A DNA stretch of 63,690 nt, filler included, from Asterionella formosa (lineage: Eukaryota), in assembly GCA_002256025.1 (NCBI GenBank). It is 15 parts of 15 records of this genome, joined end to end, with 100 filler letters (N's around TTAATTAATTAA, not from the genome) between each part and the next. Parts side by side here need not be neighbours in the genome. Positions count along the whole stretch, not along the records: positions 1 to 16,644 come from NKIB01004785.1; positions 16,745 to 33,372 come from NKIB01004796.1; 13 more parts are not named here. One strand, written 5' to 3'. The translations under genes were made by a program, and so were the position numbers. Every line of letters starts with the position of its first letter. Within the stretch, counting starts at the first letter, position 1. The notes beneath the pieces were generated by a model. That model was not told the DNA's origin and searched no databases. It saw only the letters and a program-made list of their open reading frames with translations. Positions 12,900 through 24,211 of this stretch are shown one piece after another.

Positions 12900-13640
12900 T
12901 GTAGTGAAAGGTTTATTTTTGTATCACGTTCCTTTTTATGGTGTGCGTTACGGTTTTGTTGTTCCTTGTTTTTAAACCAGGAATACATGTATTGATGTAA
13001 AGTGAAGGTGGCCACTCAACAGATACATGCATAAACAAACATTTATCGGTAGTGGCAAAGAATTTTCGGTCGTGCAAACAACAAGCAAAGAGCAAAATGA
13101 CGATAATGTTTATGCGAATTAGGGTCATTTTGGGGTTCTTTGAATATAGGTTCGCATCCGGGCATTCGCAGTTTTGGCACTAGTGAGTGCCTGTTTATTT
13201 TGCTTGTACATTTCTTCCTTAGATTTGCGTGGGTCAGAAAATTCGAAAGGAATGCTGTGTCACTTCACAGATTAAATCACGAAACAAGACCATAGTGGAG
13301 TACTGGTACCAGGTAGTCACAGTAGAAGTACGGGCTATTCTTAAAATGGTGGTTGATTCCCGAAAAAGTACATGCGTACGTGCATACGTAGGCAGTCTAC
13401 GTTCTAATTATACCAGGAATTATTACCTGGAGAATGAATACCGTAACGCGGTGGTAATTGGTACCGTACCTGGTATGGGAGCACTACCATGTCAACCGTG
13501 GTTACCAAGTAACTGGTGCCAGGTAGGTAGTACCTGGTAGACTCCCATTTTCCCTTGCAGCAGCGGTCCTTATGTACATGGAAATTAATGCTGCACTCGG
13601 AGTGACAGCCACAGGGAATTGGAAGGGACGAGCAGATTAC

Positions 13641-13819
13641 CCATCTGGCGACTTTCCAAGTGCTATTCTTAGACAACAGTACCGAACGCATACAGCCGAC
13701 AGCTGACCGTAAATCTAAATACTTTGAACCGGAGGACCGGGTTCCCTGGTACTGTGTACCGGTATTTGAAAGGACGAGGAGCAGATGAACCATCTGGCGA
13801 CTTTCCAAGTGCTATTCTT
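13641..13819 (+). repeat. 30-bp identical direct repeat (13641-13670 and 13790-13819)
   Basis: ccatctggcgactttccaagtgctattctt occurs twice, with similar upstream flanks. Confidence 0.85.
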
Positions 13820-13907
13820 TCTCAATACATACCGTGTACTGGTACCGGTAGTCTATCTCGGTAGAGTTCCGACTCTGTTCCATGTGAACCCCGGCCACAG
13901 AAAGAAC

Positions 13908-14065
13908 TGTTAATATCTGCATATGATGCTCCATACATGCACCATACCGGCGTAGCCACCAGATTAGGTACATACATGAGTGCTAACAACGATGTACTCG
14001 AAACAGCAATAGAATAGTCATAATATTGTAGTTCACCTTTATTCATGATAAGGTTCCCCTCAACA
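13908..14065. mobile_element. Solo LTR (Copia-type family), nested in the putative LTR of the CoDi element
   Basis: TGTTAATATC...CCCCTCAACA flanked by GAAC on both sides; a close homolog lies at 62263-62429. Confidence 0.85.
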
Positions 14066-14207
14066 GAACTACAATATCTGTTCTCTCTCTCTTGTCTGCA
14101 CCTGTGCCGTTGCGGCTCTTGTCGACAGTGCAAACCTGGTCTCAACAATCAACCGTCCAGCACCGCTTGCCTGTTTGCTGTCCCTGTCTCTCAGGCCTTC
14201 TTCCACC

Positions 14208-15299
14208 ATGACGACTCCAATCGTTTCCGCTGTTTTCCCATTCCCTCATCCGCTTTTGACGCCGATCAAGGGCAAACCTACAGCCTTCACAGTAACCCGC
14301 CTTCGCAAGGAACTCTTTGCCAACGCTCGCTCTGTCCACTGTACCAGTGGTGGTGGTGCCAATGGTTTCCTTGGTATTGTCATGGCTGCTGCTCCTTATC
14401 TTTTACGTGCTGGTGTACCCTTTTTACCGCCCGAACATCCCGGCATCCAGCCGCCACACAGTGCTACTGCAACACAGTCCCAAATCACTGCTGCCAACCG
14501 TCTCTTTGACACCTCCCTTGACGCATTCCGCCGTTACTCCCAAATCCGTGAAATTCTCCGACAACAAATTCTCACAGCCATTGACCCAACTTTCTACAAC
14601 GTTCTGGAAGATACTACATTTGGATATGCAGACATCACTGTTCTGACCTTGCTTGCTCACTTAGAATCTACATATGCAACATTGAGTGCGGATGATTTAG
14701 AACTCAATCGCATGCACTTGGCCGATGCTTGGACACCAGAGGAACCTATTGAACATTTATGGATCCGCATCAAACATCTTTGTGCCATTGCTGATGCTGG
14801 TGGGGAACCTTTCTCTGACAGTACTGTCATGCGATTGACTCTTTCTGCTTTAGAACAGGCTAGTGTCTATTCTCATAGCATTCAAACTGGGCATGATTGC
14901 GCTGAGATGGACCGTACATGGGTTAATTTTTGCCCGCATTTCATGCATGCTGATAAGGAACGATTGCGCCTTGCCACCGCCACCACTGCCAGTTATCATG
15001 GTGCCCATGCTGCCATTCAAACCAGTGGCCCTCCCCCATTGCCAGGTATTGCTGCGGCTGCTCGTGCTGTCCCTTCTGGATACACTTACAACAATGTCCA
15101 ATTAGGCTATTGTTGGACTCATGGTCTTACCAAAACCCCCGACCATACCACCAGTGCAACTTGCAATCATCCAGCTTCTGGCCATCAACTCAATGCCACC
15201 CTTGATCGACGTCTGGGTGGCAGCGTCCATATTTTCAGTGATGGTACCCGTCCTACCCGGCCACCCCGTGTTTCACCGCCACGTTCACCACTTGCTTGA
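14208..15299 (+). CDS. gag: Copia Gag
   Basis: Open frame ending after a CoDi-type Cys/His motif YCWTHG...HTTSATC...GHQLNATLDRRLGGS. Confidence 0.85.
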   Translation: MTTPIVSAVFPFPHPLLTPIKGKPTAFTVTRLRKELFANARSVHCTSGGGANGFLGIVMAAAPYLLRAGVPFLPPEHPGIQPPHSATATQSQITAANRLFDTSLDAFRRYSQIREILRQQILTAIDPTFYNVLEDTTFGYADITVLTLLAHLESTYATLSADDLELNRMHLADAWTPEEPIEHLWIRIKHLCAIADAGGEPFSDSTVMRLTLSALEQASVYSHSIQTGHDCAEMDRTWVNFCPHFMHADKERLRLATATTASYHGAHAAIQTSGPPPLPGIAAAARAVPSGYTYNNVQLGYCWTHGLTKTPDHTTSATCNHPASGHQLNATLDRRLGGSVHIFSDGTRPTRPPRVSPPRSPLA

Positions 15300-16644
15300 T
15301 GTGGAGGGGAGCAAGTTGCTGTCGATAATACTACTAACACAAACTTATCTCCCATCACTTGTCCCCCCGTCACACTCATTGCTGATTCTGGTAGTTCTGG
15401 CAATTACGCCACTGTTGATTTACCTGTCATCAACAAACGACCTATCAACAACCCTATCACCATTCAACTTCCTAGCGGCAACCATGTTAAATATACACAT
15501 GAGGCCGAATTATCTTTATCTATGCTATTACCTGCTGCTCGTCATGTACCCATTATCCCTGGTCTACACAATTGCTCCTTATTGAGCATTGGCCAACTAT
15601 GTGATTCTGGCTACGAGGTACTCTTCACCAAACTACACATGTCTGTCTTATCCGATGGTCATTGCATCCTTCAGGGCCATCGCTCCACCACCACTCGATT
15701 ATGGCATGTTACCACCGCCACTATTGATCCACCATTGCCTACCCCTATCCACTATGCTGCTACCGCCATTGGCAGTCCCAATGCACCAGCCCTTGTTGCC
15801 TTTGCCCATGCGGCCCTCTTTTCTCCTGCTATCTCCACTTTGGAAAACGCATTACTCCATGGGTATCTTGTCAATTTTCCAGGTCTAATCTTAGCTACAC
15901 TATGCAGACATCCCCCTCATTCCATCGCAACCATCAAAGGCCACCTTGATCAAACACGTCAAAACGTACGATCCACACGTGTGCCCCCAACTATCATTGA
16001 GCCTGAATTTGCATCCATTCCTACCAATGTGCTGGGTGATGCTGATTTCCACCCTGATGGTCTTGCAACCCCTACCCATATGTGTTTTGCGTCCATTATT
16101 GTACCCACAGGCCAAATTTACACTGATCAAACCGGAAAATTCATACTCCCCTCCAGCACTGGAAACAACTACATTATGATTTTATATGATTATGAAAGCA
16201 ACTACATTTTCGTTCAGCCCTTTCATAACCGAGCCGCTTCCTGCCTCCTTGCAGCATATAAAGCATTACATCAACGTTTGTGCAAAGCTGGCCTACGTCC
16301 CAAACTTCAATGCCTTGACAATGAGTGTTCTACACTCCTCAAAGAATTCTTCGACGAAGAAGCTATTGACTTTCAGTTGGTCCCACCAGCTGTCTATCGT
16401 TGCAATGCCGCTGAACGTGCAATTCGCACCTTTCAAAATCATTTCATTGCCGGTCTATGCAGTATTGACAAACACTTTCCTCTCCACTTGTGGGACCAAC
16501 TATTAGTTCAAGCTGAGCTTACTCTTAACCTCCTCCATGGCTCACGCATCAACCCCAAACTGTCTGCTTGGGCACAGGTCAATGGAACATATGATTACAA
16601 CCGTGTCCCCCTTGCTCCACCTGGCTGTTGGGTCCTTGTTCATG
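15300..16644 (+). CDS. pol: Copia Pol (protease + integrase), in frame with gag, truncated by gap
   Basis: LIADSGSSGNY (AP), LLSIGQLCDSG, KGHLDQTRQNVRST, YTDQTGKF...DNE...AERAIRTF (DDE integrase). Confidence 0.88.
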
Positions 16645-17078
16645 NNNNNNNNNNNNNNNNNNNNNNNNNNNNNNNNNNNNNNNNNNNNTTAATTAATTAA
16701 NNNNNNNNNNNNNNNNNNNNNNNNNNNNNNNNNNNNNNNNNNNNATATTTTGTGAGCGAAAAATGTGAAGAAGGAAAGATAATCTTTTTTAAACTTAAGT
16801 TTGCTGCATGAGGATGGTTTCTGGTACCCGCCTACCCCCTGATACCGCAACTCAAAAACCGTTTTGCACGATAGGGCACGCACTGTGCTTGTGCAAAGGT
16901 AATGACAACATATAAGTATTATATGTCCCGGTATACGTTAAAATAGATGACTCAAATTAGAACAGCCACGTGGAAAATGGTTGGTATTCATCACTCGGAG
17001 TATACGTTGTATTCACGACAAAAAATATTTCGTGGGAATACCGGTACCGGTAAGTCGTTTACGGTACCAGGTACCTGG

Positions 17079-17268
17079 TGAGCAATCCTGCACATTGATA
17101 CAGATGTACATAGGGTTAGGGTTATATCAATTATATCGGAATTCAATAATAAGGGAACTCGACTAACACCCAATCTATACTTTGATGTCAGTTCAGGAAA
17201 TGAGTTGTACATAAGGATTAATTAAAAAGGTATTCAATAAATACTACTACTTCTAGTTAGATTCTTCA
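17079..17268 (+). mobile_element. Solo LTR of the Gypsy family, TSD CCTGG
   Basis: TGAGCAATCC...CTTCA with cctgg immediately on both sides; homologous to the LTRs at 17382 and 22269. Confidence 0.92.
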
Positions 17269-17281
17269 CCTGGTACCTGTG

Positions 17282-17369
17282 CACGTTGCGGTAATTTTGC
17301 AGAAACTAAAGATTTAGCTATTTTTATCCCAGATTAAACTGTTAGTTTAAGCAAAATGACCGCAACTTG
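17282..17369. mobile_element. 88-bp MITE with ~25-bp imperfect TIRs
   Basis: cacgttgcggtaattttgc...gcaaaatgaccgcaacttg; second copy at 32953-33040. Confidence 0.75.
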
Positions 17370-17615
17370 CCTGGTACCAGGTGAGCAATCCTGCACATCG
17401 ATACAGATATACATAGAGTTAGGGTTATATCAAATACATTGGAATTCAATAATGAGAGAACCCGACTAACATCCATTCTATACTTTGATGTCAGTTCAGG
17501 AAATGAGTTGGACATAAGGATTAATTAATAAGCTTAGATATTCAATAAATACTACTACTTCTAGTTAGATACTTCACTTTGAATTCAAAAAGATTCGAAT
17601 TAGAAGACAACAAAC

Positions 17616-18692
17616 ATGGCAATGTATTCAAGGGTTCCTGTGATTCCTTAGATCAAAGACTACAATATATTGACTATCAAGACTAAAACATTCAGAGTTG
17701 CTTTAACCGGTGGAAGGTTTGAATTGTTTGATCAAGATATGATCGATGGAAGCTCGGTGGAAGCATTGTTAATTGGAGTGAGTCAATTTTGTGACATGGC
17801 TAACACATGTGCCTTTAGCCCTGCAGATACCTTTTCCTACTTTAAAAGGTGTTTGACCGACATTGCCTTATTGGATTGGTTGAATGTGGAAGTACATCCA
17901 GAAGATCAATCTTACGATAGTTTCGATGAAGCGATGGTTTTATGGTTAGACGATCTTTTACCAAACAAGAGTTTTCAACGTCAACAACAATGGATGCTAC
18001 GTTATTTATCTAAACCCTTTTCTATGTTGGTAATGGATTTCGGAGCTTGTATTAAAACTGTGAACAGGCTACTTCAACTAATGCCTCATCCAGAAGATCA
18101 AAACGGATTGTCAAAAGAAGATATGCGGATTATCATTATCCGTTCTATGCCCGATGAGTGGCAACAAGAGTTTGAATTAAATCATGCGAAGACTTCAGAC
18201 CAATCGATTCGCTCGGTTCTCGCTTACTTCGAGAGTCAACAATCGTTTAAGGACCAAAACAAGCATCTTCCCAAGAACAGTTTTCAAACAATCACACAAA
18301 ATCGTCTTCGTATTGCTGAAGGCAATCGTGTGATGCGTCAAGAAAACGAGCGTGTCAGTCGTCAATTCTACAAGGATAATTTTACTCCAAGTGGTCGTGG
18401 AAGAGCGCGTGCTATTGTCAATGCAGCCGGACGCGCATGGGATCGTCAGGCGACTGTTCGTCATCAAGCTCTACAAGCCCGTCGTACGTACTATGATTAT
18501 CGTGGTCCTTGCCCGGTACATCCTGAAGGTGCACATACTTGGGGCAGTTGTTTTCAGAATCCTCGTACTCAAGGTGGTCGAGCAGGTCGCATGGCTGGTC
18601 GTCATAATGGACGTGACTGTTCCAGTTTCGGTAGACGAGGACATTTTGGTGGTCGTGGAGGCGGTGCACACAGCAATCCTACGGAAAGCTAG
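17616..18692 (+). pseudogene. gag: Gypsy gag (in-frame TAG near 17649)
   Basis: Long ORF with CPVHPEGAHTWGSC knuckle-like motif and RG-rich tail; the upstream ATG is in the same frame. Confidence 0.75.
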
Positions 18693-18709
18693 CATACTGA
18701 CACTGCTAA

Positions 18710-21700
18710 CCCTGTGCCTGTTCCACATGCTCGTATGTTAAATGCATGGGTCAGATAGTGACTTTTGTCCCTACTACACAACAGCAGATTGCTGATCGCC
18801 ATCACAGAGGTATGTGCGATAATAGCGATGCTATTTATAATGACTCGTTGAGTATATCTCACGTTAGTCATCACCTGAATAATATTGTTTATTTACAGGT
18901 TGAATACACTATGGATACCGCTGTTAATGTTACGCGGGATATATATAACTCTATTGATGGACATGATGTTCCACATACATATCAGGGCCCAATTCCGGTT
19001 TCCTGTTTTACTTCTAAGGATATATTAACATCAATTGATTTGATTCCGATGTCCCTTTTAGCGCCAAGATTGGTGGATAATATACCGATACATAAAATAC
19101 TACGAGTATTATTCGATAGTGGAGGATCGTTATCCTTAATACATGAACGGGTTATGCCTCAAGGTATTTCTTTGTCTGACGAGGAGACTTCCCAATTAAT
19201 ACATACCATAGCTGGTACTTATTCATCTCATGCCAGTGTCATGCTATATGACCTGATTTTACCAGAATTTAATCGATCCGCTCATATTTTACAACAAAAA
19301 TGTCAAGTCTTTAATGGTCTATGCACATTTGATGTTATTTTAGGACGTTGATTTCCTCCGTCAAGTTGGTTTAACCATTGATTTCGTAAATAACACCATG
19401 TCCTGTATGGATATGATTGTTCCTATGCATCCTCTCACATTCTTTGATGATAAAGAACGTTTACGAGATATATTATTATATTTCGATGCACCTATGATTG
19501 TGGAATCTTCATATGCGCTGGAAATTAAAGCTGCTGAATATAATTACGTAAATATTGACACAGTGGTGGATAAACAGATACATTTGACAACAATACAACG
19601 ATCATGTTTACGATCTATATTGGTTAAATATCAAACATTATTTGATGGCAAATTAAAAGTCTATCCTCATAAACAGGTACATTTGGAATTATTATCAAAT
19701 GCTGCTGTCCCTCGTCATCAACGAGCATATCCGGTCGCTCATATTCATTTAGAAGTTTTCAAAACTGAATTACAACGATTATGTGATATTGGAGTCCTAC
19801 AAAAATGTGGTGCTTCTTAATTTGCATCTCCCACCTTTATTATTCCAAAAAAGGATGGAAGTGTCCGATGGGTATCAGATTTTCGTGAACTCAATAAAGT
19901 CATCAATCGCAATATATACCCTTTGCCTCGAATACAAACTATTCTCACTAAACGTGCTGGATATGTATTTTTCACCAAATTGGATGTTTCCATGCAATAC
20001 TATACTTTTGCGTTAGATGTGGAGAGTCAAAACTTGTGAGTTATTTCAACTCCATTTGGTTTATATAAATATTTACGCCTCCCTATGGGGGTGAAACAAT
20101 CATCTGATATTGCACAAGAAACTATGGAACAGATCCTTAGTGATTTAGATGATGTGGAAATTTATATTGATGATGTGGGTTGTTTTTCAATGAATTTTTC
20201 GGATCACCTTCATTTATTGGACACTATTTTATATCGTTTACAGATAAATGGTTTTACAATTAATCCATCTAAGTGTGAATGCGCAGTCCAAGAGACAGAT
20301 TGGTTAGGCTATTGGTTAACTCCTAATGGACTGAAACCTTGGTCTAAAAAGGTCCGAGCATTGATTAATATGTCTTCACCTACCAATCTTAAACAAGTTC
20401 GATCATTTCTCGGTGCTGTTACTTACTATCGAGACATGTTTCCTAGACGATCGCATGTTCTTGGACCACTAACGGATTTAATTGGAACTAGTCCATTTTT
20501 CTGGTTACCTATCCATCAACAAGCTTTTGAAGAAATGAAAGCATTGTTAGTTGCAGATACACTCATGCGTTATCCTGACCATAATCTTCCTTTTCATATC
20601 TTTACTGATGCCTCTGATTATCAATTAGGGTCGGTCATTATGCAAAATGATCTCCCAGTTGCTTATTACTCTCGCAAATTATCTGCTGCTCAAAAGAATT
20701 TTACTACTATTGAAAAAGAATTACTTTCTGTGGTAGAAACTTTCAAAGAATTTCGCTCTATGTTATTGGGTGCAGTTCTACATGTTCACACTGATCATCA
20801 AAATCTTTTTTATAATACTTTACATACTCAACGTGTTCTATGATGGAGACTTTACATTGAAGAATACCATCCTACTTTTCACTACGTGAAAGGGACTGAC
20901 AATGCTATTGCAGATTCCATATCTCGCCTCCCGAGGCTTGAGTCTTTGGTGGGGGATGTTATTGATATTGGAACGAAATCTCCAACATCAACTTCCACTT
21001 CTACTTTTTCAATTGAATTAGATGATGAACCTTTGCTTACATGTTTCCTTAATCATCCCATCTTGACAGACAATATTCAATATCCTCTGGATTATCATTT
21101 AATACATGATGGACAATTGCTGGATATACAATTGATTCTCAATCAACAAACACATCCATTAAAATTTCCTTCTATCAATTTTCATGATATATTTTTAATA
21201 TGTTTTGTGAAGAATCCAGGAGATACTTGGCGTATTGCTATTCCTACATCATTATTGGATCCTATTATTAATTGGTATCATCAGATGTTAGCTCATGTGG
21301 GTATGACAAGATTAAATGCCACAATTGCTACACACTTTTATCATCCTACATTAAAGCAAAGGTGGAACATATTGTAAGAGTATGTGAAGCATGTCAACGT
21401 ACAAAATTACCTGGTACTGGTTATGGTGAACTTCCACCCAGGAATGCATTGTTATTACCATGGGCAGAAGTTGCAGTAGATCTAATTGGTCCATGGAAGA
21501 TAACAGTGGCTGCTCAAGCGATTGAATTTCGCGCTCTAACTTGTATTGACACAGTCACCAATTTAGCAGAAATTTCACGTATCACTAACAAAACATCAGA
21601 ATATATTGCGATGAAATTTGAAAATGATTGGTTAGCCAGATATCCCCGTCCAGAACGCTGTATACATGACAATGGAGGTGAATTTACTGGTGCTCCTTTC

Positions 21701-22242
21701 TTACACATGTTAGTATTGAATGGAATCAAAGATGTGACTACTACTGTAAAGAACCCCCAAGCAAATGCTATCTGTGAACGTTTACATCAACCAGTAATAG
21801 TCTAAGAGTTATGTTAAAAGCTCATCCTCCAATCAATGAATTTCAAGCCCAAAATATTGTGGATACATGTTTTGCAGCTGCGTCATATGCAGCTCGAGCT
21901 ACTATTCATAGTATATTACGTATTTCACCAGGAGCATGGGTTTTTCAACGTGATATGATATTAAATATTCCTTTGATTACAGATTTACAATTAATATATC
22001 AACGTCGATAAGTGATAATTGACAAACGTCTACGTCGTGCTAATTTCTGTCGTCGATCTTATGATTACAAAGTGGGTGACGAGATTTTAATATTATTGGA
22101 TAATCCTACTACTTTGGATGATTGTGGACGAGGTCCTTATGCTATTATTCAAATACATGCCAATGGTACAGTTACCTTTCAACGCACTATGCACATTACA
22201 GAACGAATTAATATTCGTCGTATCAAACCTTTTCATAGGTAA
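18710..22242 (+). pseudogene. pol: Gypsy pol (PR-RT-RH-IN) broken by stops and frameshifts
   Basis: Consecutive ORF pieces 18746-19351, 19398-19820, 20085-20843, 20886-21377, 21272-21805 and 21811-22242 carry the domains in Gypsy order. Confidence 0.92.
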
Positions 22243-22463
22243 AAGGTTTTCCCCCAAGTTTGGGAGAGTGAGCAATCCTGCACATTGATACAGATGTACA
22301 TAGGGCTAGGGTTATATCAAATATATCGGAATTCAATAATAAGAGAACTCGACTAACACCCATTCTATACTATGATGTCAGTTCAGGAAATGAGTTGTAC
22401 ATAAGGATTAATTAATAAGCTCATATATTCAATAAATACTACTACTTCTAGTTAGATACTTCA

Positions 22464-22760
22464 CCAGGTACCTGGTACCTGGTATCTGGTTTCTGGTACA
22501 TAAAAAGAAACTAAGCTACCGGTATCAGGTACCAGGTACTGGTACCGCCCGGAATCCTACACTAACTGGTACCTGGTACCAGTAAAGTACTTTGTACTGG
22601 TATCGGAATACCGGTTGCGGACCTGTAGGTAAAACCGTCCTTCCCCGGTCAGCCAACCCAGCAGGTCCAGCAGGTGCAGCTGCAGTACCTGGTACCAGGT
22701 ACCACTAGCAGACAATGGTGGACTCGGAGTAAGTTGTTAGCAGGTACCCTAGTGCAAGCT
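22464..22760. repeat. Cluster of palindromic GGTACCW/TACCGGTA units
   Basis: ccaggtacctggtacctggtatctgg...ggtaccaggtactggtacc...ggtacctggtaccag...gtacctggtaccaggtacc. Confidence 0.8.
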
Positions 22761-23281
22761 ACCGGTCGTACCTGGGTGCGTAAATATTGTCCTGAGCCCT
22801 TAGCCCGTATGTCCTTCGCTCGTTGTAGATCGTGCACACGATGCATACTGCATAAAAAGTAGGCAGATGCGACCTTCTTTGCCATTGCCGTCGATTAGTA
22901 ACTACCTTGTATTGCCTCGCATTAACAAAACAAAATCGATCAAAAGCACTACTTGAGCTCTCAATATCAAAGAATAGATGCTCAAATCCCAGAGATAAAA
23001 GGGTTCCAGCTAGCGGTTCCTGAACAACTATATTTTCAACCAGTGCACAAACATAAACCAGCCAGGACCTGTATCCAGGGGAATATCTGATCATGCTTCA
23101 TTGTGTTGATCCTATTACGTTACAGTCTTATCCTTGTTTGCTTTGATTATTGTTCCTTCCATACATAGCCGCTCATCAGTCGGGCATATATTGCTTGATC
23201 TCATGACTGTTTCTAGCCGTTGCGTTTCTCGTTAGTTGAGGTTATTTAAATCTGGCAAAAGCATAATCCCTCATTCTACTA

Positions 23282-23695
23282 TTACTCCTTTTTGCTTTCT
23301 TCCTTTTCCTTCGTTGCAACCACATCCGTCAAACCCATTTCCTGTTTCATAACTTTGGCTTGTGCTTCCCCTTCCGCCAATCCCTTCTGGAATTCCTTGG
23401 GCACTTCCTTTAATTCTCCAGCAATCTTGCCAGCATCCTTCCCAAGCTCAGCCAATTTTTGAGGTCCTAGCAGAAATGCCCCAGCTATAACAATGATGGC
23501 AATTTCGGCAGGTCCGAGGCCGAAGAGACCAGCTGGAGCGATTGTCGTGACAGAGTGTCGCTGTTGGACAAGAGGGGCAGTGGGAATGGCTTTAAAGGGA
23601 GACGTTTTGACCCCAAACACTCTAGACGACGGGGGAACAAATGCAGACGAGCTGATCAAGCACAAGGCAAGGATGGTTACAAAGAGTCTACTCAT
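23282..23695 (-). CDS. Plastid thylakoid Tat translocase subunit TatA/TatB (Tha4/Hcf106-like)
   Basis: Signal peptide plus [40 protein letters not shown]...EFQKG is the TatA/B TM-hinge-amphipathic helix pattern. Confidence 0.9.
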   Translation of the reverse strand: MSRLFVTILALCLISSSAFVPPSSRVFGVKTSPFKAIPTAPLVQQRHSVTTIAPAGLFGLGPAEIAIIVIAGAFLLGPQKLAELGKDAGKIAGELKEVPKEFQKGLAEGEAQAKVMKQEMGLTDVVATKEKEESKKE

Positions 23696-24211
23696 GGTGA
23701 ACTTGAGGGCTCAATAGCAAAACGAGGAAAGATAATGGTCTCGTCGTTCCCGCTTGGGCGGTGTCACCATGGATGCATCATGCAATCTTTTACATCAACC
23801 CGTTGACGCGTGGAGTGATGATGTACAAAATTGGTGTCCGTTTGTCTGATAAGAAGAAGTGGTTGCCTCGCATTTGTATTGTTTTCCCTCATTTGTATCG
23901 AACTCATGACCTTTTTATCTGTCTATGCCACAAGACCACCAATTCTTGCGCCTTCCCTGCATTTATTGGGTTTTACCGGTAGCGGTAGTCCATTTTGTAA
24001 CACATCAAAAAGCAACTACCGGTATTTCCGGTACGGGTATAACTTATTTTCGTTCCTGTGCTTTTCCTTGTTCGATCAAGTGTAGGCTTAATTTGTTCTT
24101 AGCTTCTTAACCTCTTAATCAGCTCGTTTCCATTTCAAGTCAGGTCTAGACTATAAAGGACCCCATATCACATCACATCACACCTTACCTCACCTCAATA
24201 AAACAGTCAAC

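Larger units (their letters stand above)
13876..16644 (+). mobile_element. Ty1/Copia (CoDi-like) LTR retrotransposon, 5' part, cut by a scaffold gap; putative short 5' LTR 13876-14147 interrupted by a solo LTR
   Basis: Domain order is gag, protease (LIADSG), integrase. TGTT...AACA ends bracket the putative LTR. Confidence 0.85.
17382..22463 (+). mobile_element. Full-length degenerate Ty3/Gypsy LTR retrotransposon; LTRs 17382-17576 and 22269-22463, TSD CCAGG, PPT tgggagag
   Basis: 195-bp TG...CA LTRs (about 13 mismatches by manual count) and ccagg on both flanks. Domains: gag (~17616-18692), PR (VLFDSGG), RT (YIDDV), RNase H (TDASD), IN (HxxxxH..CxxC; DLIG/DNGGEF/E; GPY). Several stops and frameshifts. 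Confidence 0.96.

Noticed and set aside
16645..16744. Recurrent N44-TTAATTAATTAA-N44 motif (also at 33373, 50089, 51224, 52359, 53487, 54622, 55757, 56891, 58025, 59159, 60293, 61427, 62557)
   Set aside because: Artificial scaffolding spacer with stops in all six frames; not biological. Adjacency across these gaps is not reliable.
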